DNA from: Saccostrea echinata
Lineage: Eukaryota
Length of the DNA: 64,000 bases
Direction: 5' to 3'
Assembly (NCBI RefSeq): GCF_033153115.1
Contig: NW_026889790.1
Location: 434,001-498,000 of the forward strand
The translations under genes and the position numbers were made by a program. This document shows positions 22,395-36,345 of this stretch, in pieces (the stretch's first letter is position 1; every line of letters begins with the position of its first letter). The notes beneath the pieces are model-generated. The model searched no databases, was not told where the DNA came from, and saw only the letters and a program-made list of their open reading frames with translations.

Positions 22395-25053
22395 GATTCA
22401 TATTCATCTTTCTATTGCAGGGACATTTTTAAAAGAATTTTTTTTTTTTTATTATTATGAGTTTTTGAAAGCTATTGAGAACATTATAGGTTCAGATTTC
22501 TTTAAATATTTATTACTAATACCAAAGTATTGAGGCTTTAAATGTGAGATAATTATAATGAAAAGACTCCCCAATTTATGTTTAGCTTTCCATGACATTG
22601 GATATGGATGCCTCAATGCAGACAATTTGTTCCTGAGTTTTCTCATTTGTTGTATGTGCATTATGTAACTAAACACCTCAGCAAGATATTATTTAAGAAC
22701 TTTTTAAACAGTCAAACAACCCCTTTTAGAGAGTTGTAAAGAGGTTTAATGAAGAATTTAGGTCTTATCAGACAAAAATCTTTGTTCAAGTGCAGAGTAT
22801 ATGCCTTCATCCTTTTTGAAAACTAAACCAGCTTTGTCTGGTGGTGGGTAGGAAAACAAACAGGGAAAAGGTAGCTTACAAGGGTACCAGGGTGGAATAT
22901 AACAAAGATAAGTTGCTATGTGTACAGACCCCTGAAACAATCAAGAAAAAGCGAACAAAATCTCTTGTTATGTAAACATTGAACCATGTAGAACTTGTCT
23001 GGTTAGTTATATGTGAAGAGGGAAGTTTTCTGTTAGACTCTGAAGACTGCCATTATAAGTCACTAAATCTGATTCTGACTTGTGGTCCATTGTAATTCAT
23101 AGTAGTGAAAATTTAGGGTCAATCAGTAAATATTTGTACATACATAAATCTAGTATAATAACTATGATTTGTTTCCATGGGTAGGTCATATGAAAAGGAA
23201 AGAAAAACATAAAACCATATCTTAGTTACTTCTTTACTGTTAATGGATAGAACTAGTTTTGTCCAAGACCAATTAAGGAAGAAATGTAAACTTTGTGTCC
23301 TTTGGCGTAATCTAATAGACCCACCATCTCTATTACTGGTCAACAGTCCTGTGGGCAGCTAAATGACTGTCCACTAATTTGTAAAGTACCACAGACAAAT
23401 TGAGACAATTATCACCGAACATGTTCACACTTGGTTTTATGATAGTGCTAAAATCGGTGTTACAGGACATTCCGGGGTTGCCCAGGGACAGAATTAATTA
23501 GAATTGTACATCATAACAGGGGGGATAGAGAGCTTATTATGGTCGAATTAGAGAAAGCCATGATTAATGTCCCACACCTGTCATATCACCTTCAATAACT
23601 CCATTTATTTCACTTTTTCTTATCAGGTGAAATCTGTGTTGATAATTTTGACAAGACCTACTTTAGAATTTCATGTAATATTATTCCATGTAAGGATATT
23701 TGCATATGTTCTTGTGACGAGACAATTCATGGTCCTGTATACTTTGGTACAATTTGAGGCAGCAGATACCATTTACAATGAGAATATATCCTGTATTTCC
23801 TTTTGACGCACATAACGTTTCATGTTGCTTCTGAGTTAGATGACATATTGTCAATAAGCAATACCTTATCACCATGTATTACACTATAAAAGAAATTGGT
23901 CAACATGACTCAAAAATTGATGTTCACATGCATACATGTACTTTACGAAACAAAAATTGTCCATACCCAATCCACCTCACTGCAGAATAAAAATTTATTC
24001 CAGTTCGTCAATGTGATCCAAACCAGACGCTGTAAATCAGCTTGGAGATTTTATGACTGTGATTTTAAATTTTATTGTTGTGCTATTGTTTGGGCATCCA
24101 AGCTATAACGCCATCATGTCCATATAGGTTGGTGTGCAGAATGCCTCTGTGCAAATTGTCTATTTTCTAAAATCTAATTTGAAACTTAGACAATTAATTG
24201 CTGTCATAAAATTGAGGTCCCTTTTTTCTGGGTAAACTTGTAGATTCAGATCCCTGAAAATATAGTGACTGGTCTGATATGAAGCGTAAAATTTCAATAA
24301 ACCTTTTCTGAACATAAGCTCAGGAAACTAGGATTAGAAACCTAAATTTTTAATTTACCACCCTGAGGGTTAATACTCTGTTGTAGCCAATGTCAAAGGG
24401 GAAAAAAAAATCTTATCACAGAAGTTTAAAGATCTAATTGAAAAATCATCTGTCAACTTTTAGGGTGCAAAGATTTTATGGTTATTTTCTTCTCAGGAAT
24501 ACTCACAAAGCCCCATTCTAGCAGATTTCTATTGATTTCACCTTGAGTAACACAAATTCATTGATCTTTAATTCACTTATTCAGAGAAGGTGAACAAATT
24601 ACAGGCTGCACTACTTTTGTATTTGCAAAGAAAAAATTGTTATCAATGATTTGTAATTGAAACATTGAATTATTTCTGAAATTTGGTTTATCACCATTAT
24701 CATTTTAACGATCAAGATCTCAAAAAGTGAATCATATATTCTATAGTCATTACTTCTAAATTGAATTGACAGCACACAAGAAAAGATTCTAAAGAAACCT
24801 CAAGGATCAAGCCTTAAGTTTGAGTACTTGTATCTTGTAAAATCAATCAAAGAATTAATATCTAAAATAACTCAACATTCAGGTTTTGGCTTGTCTTGAT
24901 GCCATACATTCCTTGAATAAATAAGTTGTCAAAAATGTCATCATTTACTTATTAAACAAATCCAGTTTCTGATAAATATCACCTTAATATAGCCAAGGGA
25001 CATATATGTTATTAAGTGTCAATTTAATTTTTTTAATCTTTTGGATCTTACAG

Positions 25054-25536
25054 GAAGTGGATATTTTGTTGTGACATCAGACACTTACAGAATGCCTGAG
25101 GACCCGACTAAAACGATTCCTCTGTCATGGCTTCATTACAATCCTAATTATATCCCAGTGCTGAACTCCAGTGCCAAAGGACTAACCCGAACCATCTCAT
25201 GCCAAGTGACATTGGCCAACGAACCTCGCAAAAAACAGTCCGAGAAAAGCTCTGATCCAGATGATAAAATTGTGGAAATGAGACACAATCTGGAAAGGGA
25301 GACATTAGAAAGACAGAATCAACCACTGGCTGACAAACCAAGACTTGGTCACAGTCTTAGTGCCAGGAGACAGCGAGAGAAGGGACCAGTTAAAAATGAC
25401 GATCTGCGAGACTTCAAGAGGAGTTTATCAGTCAGACGACAAGATGAGAAAGAAAAGAAACACACACAAGAGGAAAGGAAATCTGCGGAGGACATTGCTA
25501 TTACTAAGAACAGCTCAAAGAAAAACAAAGATAAAG
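25054..25536 (+). CDS. STOX1: Storkhead-box protein exon 3
   Basis: GSGYFVVTSDTY completes the domain (GYFIVTPQTY in vertebrates); 483 nt, phase 1-1. Confidence 0.92.
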
Positions 25537-26385
25537 GTATGTAATGAAGTTAAGTGACATTGTGTTTTACTGAAGAAATTTATTTTCTAGCAGTTAATTA
25601 TCGTTTGTCTGGTTTTATTGGATAACTGTTTAACCAATTTTCTTTATAATGTTATTAAAGCTAGAGCCAAATTATTGAAGTTTGAAAGGAATATTTTTAT
25701 CATGTTTATGTTGTTGGGATAAGTTTGTCGCTAATACATGTATTTTGAATTGGAAAAATGAAATATAAGAGGTGATTGAGTAAAAACTGAATAAAACTTG
25801 TCTGTACAGTAAGAAATAATATACCTGTATTCACTCTTAAATACCCTGTGTATTGAAAAAAAAAAAAGAATTAAAAAATTCACCTAGTGTAATACCATTC
25901 AAGATGATATTAGAGTAAATGTTTTCTTATGGATAAGAAACCTAATCTTTTTGTTATTGAAAAAATCATCATTTCCTTTGAGTTAGATAACATCAAAGTA
26001 TAATTTAAGTCTTTAGACTTAAGTTTGAATTATCGATTTAAAAGTCTCTAAGTTTTGTGAGTATTATGTAAAAAGCTAATAGGATTTGTACAAATTTTCT
26101 GTCTGATTCAGTGTTAACTGTTAAAGCCAGGTATTGTATTTGCAGAATGTGTCTCAATTAACTCAACCAGTTCAGATTATGTGACATTATCTGTAATGAG
26201 TAGTTCATTAATCCCACTCAAGTTACCGACAATAGCTTCATTTTCATACATGTATATATATTATAATAGATTTCAAATAAAGGGAGCTAGTAACTTAGCT
26301 CTAAATTATCATGTGAAATCTGAAATGAAAAATTTACTCTGTAACCTTTTCAAGGCTAATAATTTCTTGTTGTTGAATGTTTTAG

Positions 26386-28019
26386 GAGAGAAGAAGTCCT
26401 TGTTAGCAAAGCTTTTTGGGAGAAAGAAGAAAAAGACTGATACTCCAAAAGAACAACCAAAGAAAGTGGAGTATGCCACATTCTCTGACCAGTTTCCACC
26501 TCCAGAGTGGGGATGGTATCAAGACCAAGTGGAAAAACAGCAGCGGATACACAAGTGGATGCAGCAAGTTCCACATCATCCACACGTCCACCACCAGCAC
26601 TACGACCGTGTCCATCTTATCCACCAAGGTCATCCACATCATTCGGATTATCACTCAGTGAGATTTGGACATGGACCAATCAGAAATGATGTTATATATG
26701 GAAGACATGTCCCACAGCATGAAAATCACTATCATGTGCCACCAAGGATGAAACTAAGAAACAACCCTCCACCTCCACTGGATGATGATTATGAGGAAAT
26801 CCAGGATGTGGATGCTAACAGTAGATTCAGATCCACCCTACCAGCACATCATCATCATCCACAGGAAGTTGAACATCACAGGAGAATGTCTGAAGGTCGA
26901 CATACAATGAGGAGAAAAGAGAAATCCAAAAGAATGTCCTTGGATAGGAGAGTGGATAGAGACTATGAAAATGTTCCAATGTGTTCAAACTATCCCTCCC
27001 CAGCATTTCCCTATCACACAGAAAGTAGCCATAATATGCACCACAACAGCCATCCAGTCACACACCCTCTCTACAGCTCAACTCCGCGAGTACCTGGAAT
27101 GTGGCAGCAAGCTCATGAATCATATTACCCACAAGTCAATGCAGAGGAAGTCCATCAACATCAGTGTACCACTCAAAAATCCAAAAAGAAATCTCACCGC
27201 AGACATGGCCAGTCAAATCACAGACAGATGGAAGAGCATTACAGACTGCCTGCAAAGAACACGTCAATTTCTATTTCTCACGACAGCGGAGTGAATCTGA
27301 TTGGCCTCCAGACAGTGCATTATAAACCTTCGCAGGACACCCATCACAGAAGAAGAGTTCACGACGACATGTCCATCCGAAATAACCTTAGGAATGACCC
27401 TTATGGAGACTTGGATGAGGACCTTCCTAATTCCAGTGGTCAAGTTGTGTATGAAGTTGAAATTAACAAACGTCCGGAGCCAAGGACCAGAGAAAATGAA
27501 TATGTTACCATGGAGACAGACTCCAAAAAAGACAATGAGAAGAAGAGAAACAGCTGTAACTCTGACAGTGCATTAACTTTCAGTGAACAGAGCTGTGACA
27601 CAGTCATAAAAAAGGAAGATAAAGACGTAGAGGACATTACAAAGGAGACTTTAGAGGTCGTTTTGGGGGATAGTGGCTTCAGCTCACCCCGAGTCTGTGA
27701 TGAAAGCTCCCCAGAAATGGAAAAGCAGAAGATCAAAAGCAAAGTGAAAGAACTTGAAAAGGGAAGTCACTCAGACCTCTGTGATAAAAATGTCTACCAA
27801 AAATCTGATGACAGTTCTCCTGAAATGCGTGAAAGTCGCTCAAGTGACAAGGAAAATAGAATTAACATGATAAACAATTTAAAACAAGTTCAAGGTGACT
27901 ATGGGGTGCTTACTCATGTCAACCCAGTCAGTGGCAGAATCCCCCTTTACCCTCAAAACACAATAATCCAACCAGTTCAGAGGAAATTCAGCTTTGAGGA
28001 TGATTATGGATTCTTGTAG
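26386..28019 (+). CDS. STOX1: Storkhead-box protein exon 4 (last); total 896 aa
   Basis: tttag acceptor; conserved TFSDQFPPPEW motif (FSAQFPPEEW in STOX proteins); His-rich low-complexity tail; TAG stop. Confidence 0.92.
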
Positions 28020-29244
28020 GGAGATAACTCATATAGGGATGTGCAATAGATGTATTAAACATTTCACAAATATCTCAGTCTGCATGAGCATTTATAAGAT
28101 CAAATTTAAGTTTTTATAGTGCTATTTATGTAAATAGTGTGTTTGTAATTTTATTTGTAAAAATAGCAGTGATTTATTTCCAGATATCTTTTATCAGTTT
28201 TGCTGCATAATAAAACATAAAAATATCTTTGATCTCTCTTTTAAATGGTCATTAGAAGAAATATATTCAAATGAACAAACTGTAGTTAAACAGGGAAACA
28301 CAAAATATGCAGTCGCTTTGGGTGATATATAGTTGTTCTACAAGGACCATTTAGAAGCACATTAAATTGAGTTTGTTTATTGATTGAATTGAATTATTCA
28401 AATACGACCTTGGTCTGATTTGTTTCCATCATAAAGTTCATTGATGTGGTATTGAAGGGTGTATTTTATACCCGAATAAACATAAACATACTTTTATAAC
28501 AATCTGAATATGAATAGGATCGGGCATAAATCTATAAAATAAGATTGATACCTGTGGATCTTTCAGTTGACTGATTTAGAAGCTGTGTTAACAAATATTG
28601 GACCCTAGTTTTCAACATTGCAACGACTAGACAGTAATGTTAACATGTAAAATTAATAACAAGTGAACAGCTGATCAAGGTTTTGGAGCATTTGTCAAAG
28701 TCCATATCTTTCATGATCTTTTTTAAGTTAAAGAATCTACCATTTTTATCTTTAAATAAAAATATTAGCAGGCAAGTGCCATTTTTACGTCTAAAAAAGA
28801 AGCTAACTGCAGAACTGTAGCTCCCTAGTTGAGAAAATTCGGACAAACAACCAAAGAGCTACAATTATGCAGTAGAAAGAAGAAACAATCCAATAATGTT
28901 TTGTAAGATCATGTGTTTGATTTGTATGCAAGAGAAACATGACCTAAATATAGCTAGGACATTATTTAATTTTACCTCAGTAATAAGTGGAATAGATATA
29001 TGCATACATATATACATTTAATATAAAACAAATCTTTCTATTGCATCCACTCTGCAATTACAGTTATATTGGAACAACGGGAGGAGGGGCAGAAAATGAA
29101 GTTTATAGCGTGTACTTTCACATACCAATAGTCTTTATAGAGTGTGTTGAGGAGGAATGACTCGTGGTTAACTTGACCATTGATGAATCAAAGTCTTGAC
29201 TGCAGAAATTTGTTAATTAAGATACAGTTTCAAATTTAATAGAT

Positions 29245-29425
29245 ATTTGACCTCATGACCATTACCTTGGAGTCTGATTTACTTTTGAAAGACTTCAAAC
29301 TTGGCCATGACTTCTTAACGGTCTTTGATAGGGCTTTCATATTTCACATGTATTCCATGTGACAAGGCCTTTCTTTGAGTACTAACATTTTTGACTTCTT
29401 GACCTTGGAATTTGACCTTGAATTT
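29245..29425 (-). mobile_element. HINE monomer fragment (family of 54943-59000)
   Basis: gggctttcatatttcacatgtattccatgtgacaagg and tgaccttgg motifs. Confidence 0.65.
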
Positions 29426-30489
29426 TTTTTTTCATCTTCTGGTCCCCCCACCCAACCCCATCTCCTTTCTTCCCCAGCAAAATAGGATTTCGAGTTTGGC
29501 AGTTCATTTATGTGTCCAGGCTTCCCAGTCGCAGACACTGGGAGTTATTGTTACTATGTAGTATGTGCATATATTCCTCTATTTTGAATGTACTGTTAAC
29601 TTTCTGTGCTTGTATCCTCCATTAGAGAACTGTCTTCAGTTTAATAAATTCCTGTTTATAGAAAAATCTCATTTAACAAATGAGTAAAGGGTCATTCTCT
29701 CTGAAAGCATAATAATTTGGTTCAGGGGAGAAACTGCTGAAAAAAACATTCTGGCCCAGAAAAGGCTGAAAAATAAAAACTGGCTAAAGTTTCATGCACT
29801 CAAGGCAAGAATTTATCAATTAATATTCAGACGTAACTGTAATGATGTAGAGTAGAATCAAGTTAATACGGTAGTTCAAATCATGAACTCAAAGATAGAA
29901 CAGAGCCACAAGAGGTAGGCCCTAGCATATAGTTATACATTGAAAAATCAAGAAAATTGGATTCACACCAAATAAACACACAATAACTCCAATATGTAGA
30001 TTCAAGTTTGGTCAAATCAAGGTACCCAGGGATATACAAGGAATATGAAAGAACTAAAACCTTCAAAAATGTTCATCTCAAGTACAGCCTGAACATTGTT
30101 ATACAAGCATCCCTTTGTATTGAAGGTGCAGTTCAAAATCTATTCACTGCTATTGGGAATGATCTGGCCACAATGGGGGGGGGGGGGGGGGTAAAAGCTG
30201 AATATGAAGTCAAACATCTTCAGACAGAATTACAAAACTATTTATTAAAACTGCAAAACGGTTTAAAATACATCTAAAATCTTAAAGATTTTAATGATCA
30301 GTGTAACCATTTCTATCTTTTACGACCCTCCTTCCTCCTTTATTCTCTACACTTTCTTATTCCTTGTAGTTCAAATTTATTTATGTACATTTGTTTGTAC
30401 ATGAAGTGTATTTATTGTTCATTTACTTTGTAGAGGATAATCTAGGTTGTAAAAACTTGTGTCTGATCCAATATTGATTATGTATCAAT

Positions 30490-30781
30490 AAACTTCGAAC
30501 ACTGATATCTCAAATACCAAGTATATGTCGAAGTGATTTGAAACTACAGTTGAACTTTGGTATTTCGAACACAGAGTGAGACATCTAGAATCCCATGGAT
30601 ATGTCTAAGTGATTGAGAAGTCCTGACCACGTATTTCTTAAGTATTTTACCCTGGATATCTCAAACCCTTGGATATCTCAAATTTTTTCTTGGTCCCATA
30701 GAGTTCGAGATAACAAGGTTTGACTGATATCTCCTGTTTTTTTCTCGGTCCCATGGAATTCGAGATAACGAGGTTTGACTG
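30490..30781. mobile_element. Tc1/pogo MITE (30547-30726) nested in a partial copy of the same family
   Basis: Two left-end segments followed by two right TIRs (gagataacRaggtttgactg ending at 30726 and 30781). Confidence 0.8.
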
Positions 30782-30886
30782 TAATTATGTAAATCCCAAA
30801 ATATATTTTAGAATTCCCCATTCCAGTAACTGACCTTGGATTTGGCCACAATGGAAGTTTCAAATTGATTTTTTACATAAGCAAAA

Positions 30887-31390
30887 TAAATAGAGGATAT
30901 TCAATATCTTGTAGTTGGATATGGAATTTATTTCACGAGTGGGACAGGACTTTTTTATATTTTCACGAGTGCGAAGCACGAGTGAAAATATAAAAAAAAT
31001 TCCTGTCTCATGAGTGAAATAACTTCCATATTCATCTACAAAACATTGAATTTTCTGTTTATTACATTTTCATTGATTTTATTTTTGCCTCTGTCTTTTC
31101 TTAACGCTGTGTCATAGGCTGTGACGTCATAGTTGAGCAGTTGAGACGTCATAGCTTAGCAGTTGTGAGATTGAAAACATATTTGGGAAGAAATTGGCAG
31201 TTTGAGTCTCATTTAAGATGGTTTAATTACTTTCTCAATCTTATTACAGGCCAGAAATTATATTTTACTTACTTTGATATCCTATCACTGTGACAGAATA
31301 TCACTTTGGTATCCTTTCACACTGTGAGAGAATATCACTTTTATTCAATAAATAAATCACAGTATTTCACTGTTGAAAATGTAATAAAAG
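30887..31390. mobile_element. Fold-back (possibly Crypton-derived) element with GCGAAGC centre
   Basis: About 85-bp arms around gtgcgaagcac (30971-30977) and a second inverted pair ttattacatttt / aaaatgtaataa. Confidence 0.7.
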
Positions 31391-31480
31391 ATAAAATCCT
31401 TCAATATTTTCCTTCATGTATAGGGAAGATAGCTTAATCAACAGACAGAAATGAGAGAGGTTATCTACTTAAATGAAGTA

Positions 31481-32029
31481 CTGTAGAGATACGTACTTTT
31501 TACCACTTGGGATAAATTTCCACTATGTACACAGTCACAATTTTTCCATTGAAATTTGTCAAAGCTTACTTAAAATTTACTAAGGACATAAAATGACAAT
31601 CTAAGATATCTGCATAATTTTCTACTCGTGGATAAATGGTTTTCCTATGATATATTTTGCCTTTGAGTTATTCCCCTTGGCTGCCATCTTGTAGGTCAAA
31701 GTAGTGAATTTTCCTCTTTGAGCAACCAATTTTAAACATGCATGCCAGAAATATATGGTAAAAAATATTTGCAATATTGAAATTATGAATTAAAAGAAGC
31801 TTTAACAAACGTATATTTATAAGAAAAACAGTGTTATCTTCTCCTCAGTGCTCAGTATAACAAATTGAACTTGGTTGAATAATGAACGGATCTGGGGATG
31901 TTGATCTACAATATGGCGGCCATGGGAAATAACTCTTAATGCTTAAATCACCTTGATGGAAAACCATCTACTGAACAGAAATTGTGATTCTGCAGAATTA
32001 TGACCCTGTGGAAAAATGTATGTTTACAG
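31481..32029. mobile_element. Old TA-flanked MITE containing a nested TIR element (31633-31970)
   Basis: TA|CTGTAGA...TTTACAG|TA outer ends; inner taaatggttttcc...ggaaaaccatcta with long imperfect TIRs. Confidence 0.55.
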
Positions 32030-35009
32030 TAATTTAAAAGAAAACAAACTCTCTATGACAATTGAGTGTATAATTTCATGATGATTCTATCTCCTGCTTT
32101 ATTAAAATCAAAATCAAAATCTAGCCTTTATTTTCAAATATTTATTTTGATATTACATATTTGGTCTCATCTCAAATTCCACTAGTACAAATAAATTAAC
32201 TAAATTACAAATACATGTAATAATATTAAAATGTAACAATGTACATATGTTTTTTTTAATAATTCATTTCACATTTAACAATTGGTGTAAAAATTCTACA
32301 CATCTAATGCATAGACTTGGTACACACATAAATTATCTATCCAACAACATATGACAACTGGAATGTAACAATGTAGATATATAGACCAAACAAAACACTA
32401 TCAAAATTCATTTGGTTTATTCCGCAGCAGTTAGAGTAATGAATTTTAATGACTAATGTTTACATTGTGTGATGTTGCATTAATAAAGTTGAGAATTTTT
32501 ATTCTTGATGATTAATTTCTGCTTAACATACATAAAATGAATTACATGTATTTTCTTTCTCAAAATTCTTCAGTAAAAATATACATGATCAAGTTCTATA
32601 ATCACACAAAAAATTTATTCATAACATTTATTTCAAAAAAATGCATATTGAATCAATGTGTTCTGCATAGACTATATCATGTCTGGAAAATCATAGGTCC
32701 ACCACTCCTACACTCACTATACTAAAAGTCTGCCTTCTTTTTATGGTACTGTTAAGGCCTGGACCTCAGAAGTCAAATTTAATCAGATTGCAAAGCCTGG
32801 TGGGTAAATTTCTGCAGTGTGTTTTTTTGTTGGGGGGGGGGGGGGGGGTTACTCAATTTTTGTTTTGGGTAAATCCAACTGATTTTCAAAAAAAGGGGGC
32901 TCTTTTTTTTAAGGATCACATTGATGAAATCAGTTGGGGAGGGAGGTGGGGGAAAATTAAAAAAAAAATTATGGTCATTGAAACCAGAAAACATCTGGAA
33001 GTTGAAAGCATACATCCATTTTAAGATTTTGAAAATTAAGGGGGAAAAGAGTTGTATACATAGAACAAACTTGAATCAAAGAAAGTTGATTCTATCTCTG
33101 GTCTTTCAGGTGACCTTAAAGATATGAAAAATGAAGAGTAATATTTATTGTTAATTAGAACAATATTTCATGTTTCTAATTTAAACTACATGGAATGACT
33201 CTGAGAAGTAAAGTATATCCAAGCAAAATTCAGCAAAATATTTTTGAAAAATTCTCTCTCATATAAGCTATAGAATATGGCAACTTAAGTCAAATACACA
33301 ACGGTAGAGAAATCATATATAAATCTTAATTTAGTGTATATATGTTAAAATGTACATGAACCTCACTCATATTAATACCATTTCAATATTATGATAAAAT
33401 CATGAAGAACACCATAGGTATATGACCCTTTGTACATAAAATGTGAACACTTTTTGACAATACACTGTACACCAATAGAAGTGTTAATTGTAAACTATGA
33501 CATCTAAATTATAATAACATTAAACTAAACTCTTCCTCATTAAACAGCAATCATTATAAAATTTACCATTATTACAAAATATATTCATCATTAATAAAAC
33601 CTGCACAATAAGCTGTATTTTGAATTAATGCAAGGATTTTCTCAAGCTTTATTTGTACATTGAATAGAGTTTATACCTTTTTGTGCCGATTTAATTAAAA
33701 TTTTGATAGGAATATCATCTATTGCACGTATTTAGATGAATTAAAAAAAAAATTATTATATTAAAAAATTATTTCCATCTTGATATAAAGCAAATAATAT
33801 TTTTTTTTGCTCTTTACTGCTACTCCCAAGTATTTTTGTTAAAAATAATCAATATATAGACATATTTCCATCTGGCAAAATCCATATAATTATTAATTTA
33901 ACAAAAAAAAAAAGATTTAAGAGTAAAATCTTGGCCACAAACTTAAAATATTATAAAGCAATGGATTACATGTATTTCGGTAGAAAGTTGATTGTTGCAG
34001 ATCAATTTTTTGAAAAAGAATTAAAACAAGATTAAATAGAACAATTACATGTAATTACACATGATTTACAAGAATTGTGAATGAACACAGTAACATATGG
34101 ATAAACATGATTGTGAATTTTGAGCACTTCATTATGGCCATTTCAGAAATGTGTTTTCATGCAGTATTTCTGACATGATTTTTAATGACAAAATGCACTT
34201 CTGAATACATACTTATTAATAATAAATATTGGTTTCATTACCCAGTAAACATTTCCTTTATCTTTCTGCTGTTTTTAGGTCTGTAAAGTATATACATGTA
34301 AATTGTTGTGACTTACTTAGAAAATTTGAGATTACTCAGAATACACAGCTTTTTGGTAAAACATGTTTCATTCAGGGATCCATACTAACTCAAATCAAAA
34401 CAGATTTTAAATTCAAAAAAGCATTTATGTTTATCATTATAAACAAAACAAAACAAAAAATACTAACGTTTGCATGGACAGGGGACAAAAATTGAGGTTT
34501 TGATTTCAGCAGTATTTTTGAATCTTCCCACTGTATAAGGTTAATAATGTCAGATAAAATTCTGCAATATAATACCTTATATTGATGCTTACACTCACAA
34601 CCACACAGTGACCCTGATAATCAAAGAGTCATTTCAAAATGCAGATGTTTTCATAAAACAGAAAATAATATGGATGATTAAGACAGTAGGAATAAAATAA
34701 TCTTGAAAGTTAAGCTTCCTGAAAATATGCATGTATTTATTATTCAAGAATAAGAAGAGAACAAAGAAGAAGAAGAAAGGGTGCATCTACCTTAAACTCT
34801 CTATTCACTAATAGGTCATCTACCTTAAACTCACTATTCACTAACACTCTTAGAGGAAAGTCTTATATCCAAACCAGTAACACCCATGTGATTCAATAAT
34901 CAAATACATGTACAAAAATAAATACATCTGATTGGTCATTTGTCATCAGAAATTGAGTTAACTGATTGGATGAATTCATAGAGACATTTGATTGGTTAAC
35001 CACATTTTC

Positions 35010-35106
35010 CTAATTTTCATCAGATGAACTCTCAGAGCTGGGGCTGTCTTCCTTTTTAATTCTATCAAACTTGTCCATCCCATGCTTCTCTTTAGTATTG
35101 TCTTCT
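35010..35106 (-). CDS. SR splicing factor, last coding exon
   Basis: attttacag acceptor; phase 2 REDNTKEKHGMDKFDRIKKEDSPSSESSSDEN*; followed by long AT-rich 3' UTR-like sequence. Confidence 0.65.
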
Positions 35107-35645
35107 CTGTAAAATATTAGTTCAACATTTTAATTTTTTTGTTACATTTTTTTAAGTTTTTAAGTAAGATGCCCTTTATTCTTTTTATACATTTTTTGTG
35201 GACAATAGATCAAAGAAAATTATATAACATTGATAACTTGACAAATCTCAATAAAACTGGCACCCCGTTTCATGATTCTGTCTAATTTCCCTTGATATTC
35301 TTTCTGCAAAAGTCAGCATTTATGATACATGTACTGGCTCCAGGTCTTTCTAGGTTTTAAATTAAACTAACTTAGCAATAATAAAGTTCACTGCCAAGGC
35401 AAAATATGCCATCAGACACTGTTGATGAAAGTGCATAGAACAAAATCATGTCAATTTTGACTATATAACTATATAATAAAACAATTATATAAGGACTCTT
35501 TTGGTGGTTAATATGGTTTGATATTCACCATAAAAATTTTATCAATAATGCCCATTCCTGTGCAGAAGTTAACTTCATGTGTTAAAAAAAAATGTAACTA
35601 TAATTTGGGAGTCTGAAAAACAACTGCAGGGAAAAGTAAATGGTA

Positions 35646-35865
35646 CTGTAAACCAACTTTTATTCGCAACAACTTTATTTCGCGATTTACCGAGGGTAAA
35701 CTAGTTTGCGACAATTAATTTTTCGCGATAAAGTCGTTTTTTTGATCTGATGTTAATAGAAAGAGAGACTTTAAGGACCGGTTCGCGGCGAGAAATATTC
35801 GCGATGAAGAGGCTCTCGTGAACCTCGCGGAAATTTCTCGCACGCGAATAAAAGTTGGTTTACAG
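35646..35865. mobile_element. Tc1/mariner MITE, TA TSD
   Basis: Perfect 22-bp TIR CTGTAAACCAACTTTTATTCGC; CpG-rich, so apparently young. Confidence 0.9.
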
Positions 35866-35914
35866 TATATATTTTTTCTCCATAGAAATGTGTATCTAGT
35901 TTATTTGTTGATAT

Positions 35915-36217
35915 TTCAAATCACGACCTCCTGGGGTAGGGTGGGACACAACAGGGGATGAAAGTTATACATAGGAATATATAGTAAAAATCTTTTTCTC
36001 AAGAACAGCAAAGCCAAGATTAGTCATATTAATACAGAAGCAACCTCAGGTAGTGTAGATTCAAAGTTCAAATCAAGATCCCTGGGAGTAGGGTGGGGCC
36101 ACAACAGGGTATCAAATTCATACATAGGAATATGTAGAAAATATCTTTAAAATCTTATTCTCAAGGACAGCAAAGCCATGATTACCGGTAGTCATATTAA
36201 TGGAGAAGCATCCTCAG
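35915..36217 (-). repeat. Two degenerate Cg170-like monomers
   Basis: ttcaaatcaYgacc...gggtagggtgggRccacaa and ttctcaagaac shared with 11003-11790. Confidence 0.65.
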
Positions 36218-36345
36218 ACAGCCATGATATATAGAGGATACATTGTGTGATTTGATATTTTCGAGTTGAAATGGTGTATATTCGCAAGGCTTGCCGAGTG
36301 AATATACACCATATCAACAAATTGAACTTCACTATACATGTAGTA

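Noticed and set aside
26181-26385. N-terminal extension of the 612-aa ORF
   Set aside because: Intronic; homology and phase indicate the acceptor at 26385.
26356-27742. Several overlapping or antisense ORFs
   Set aside because: Shadows of STOX exon 4 with no independent features.
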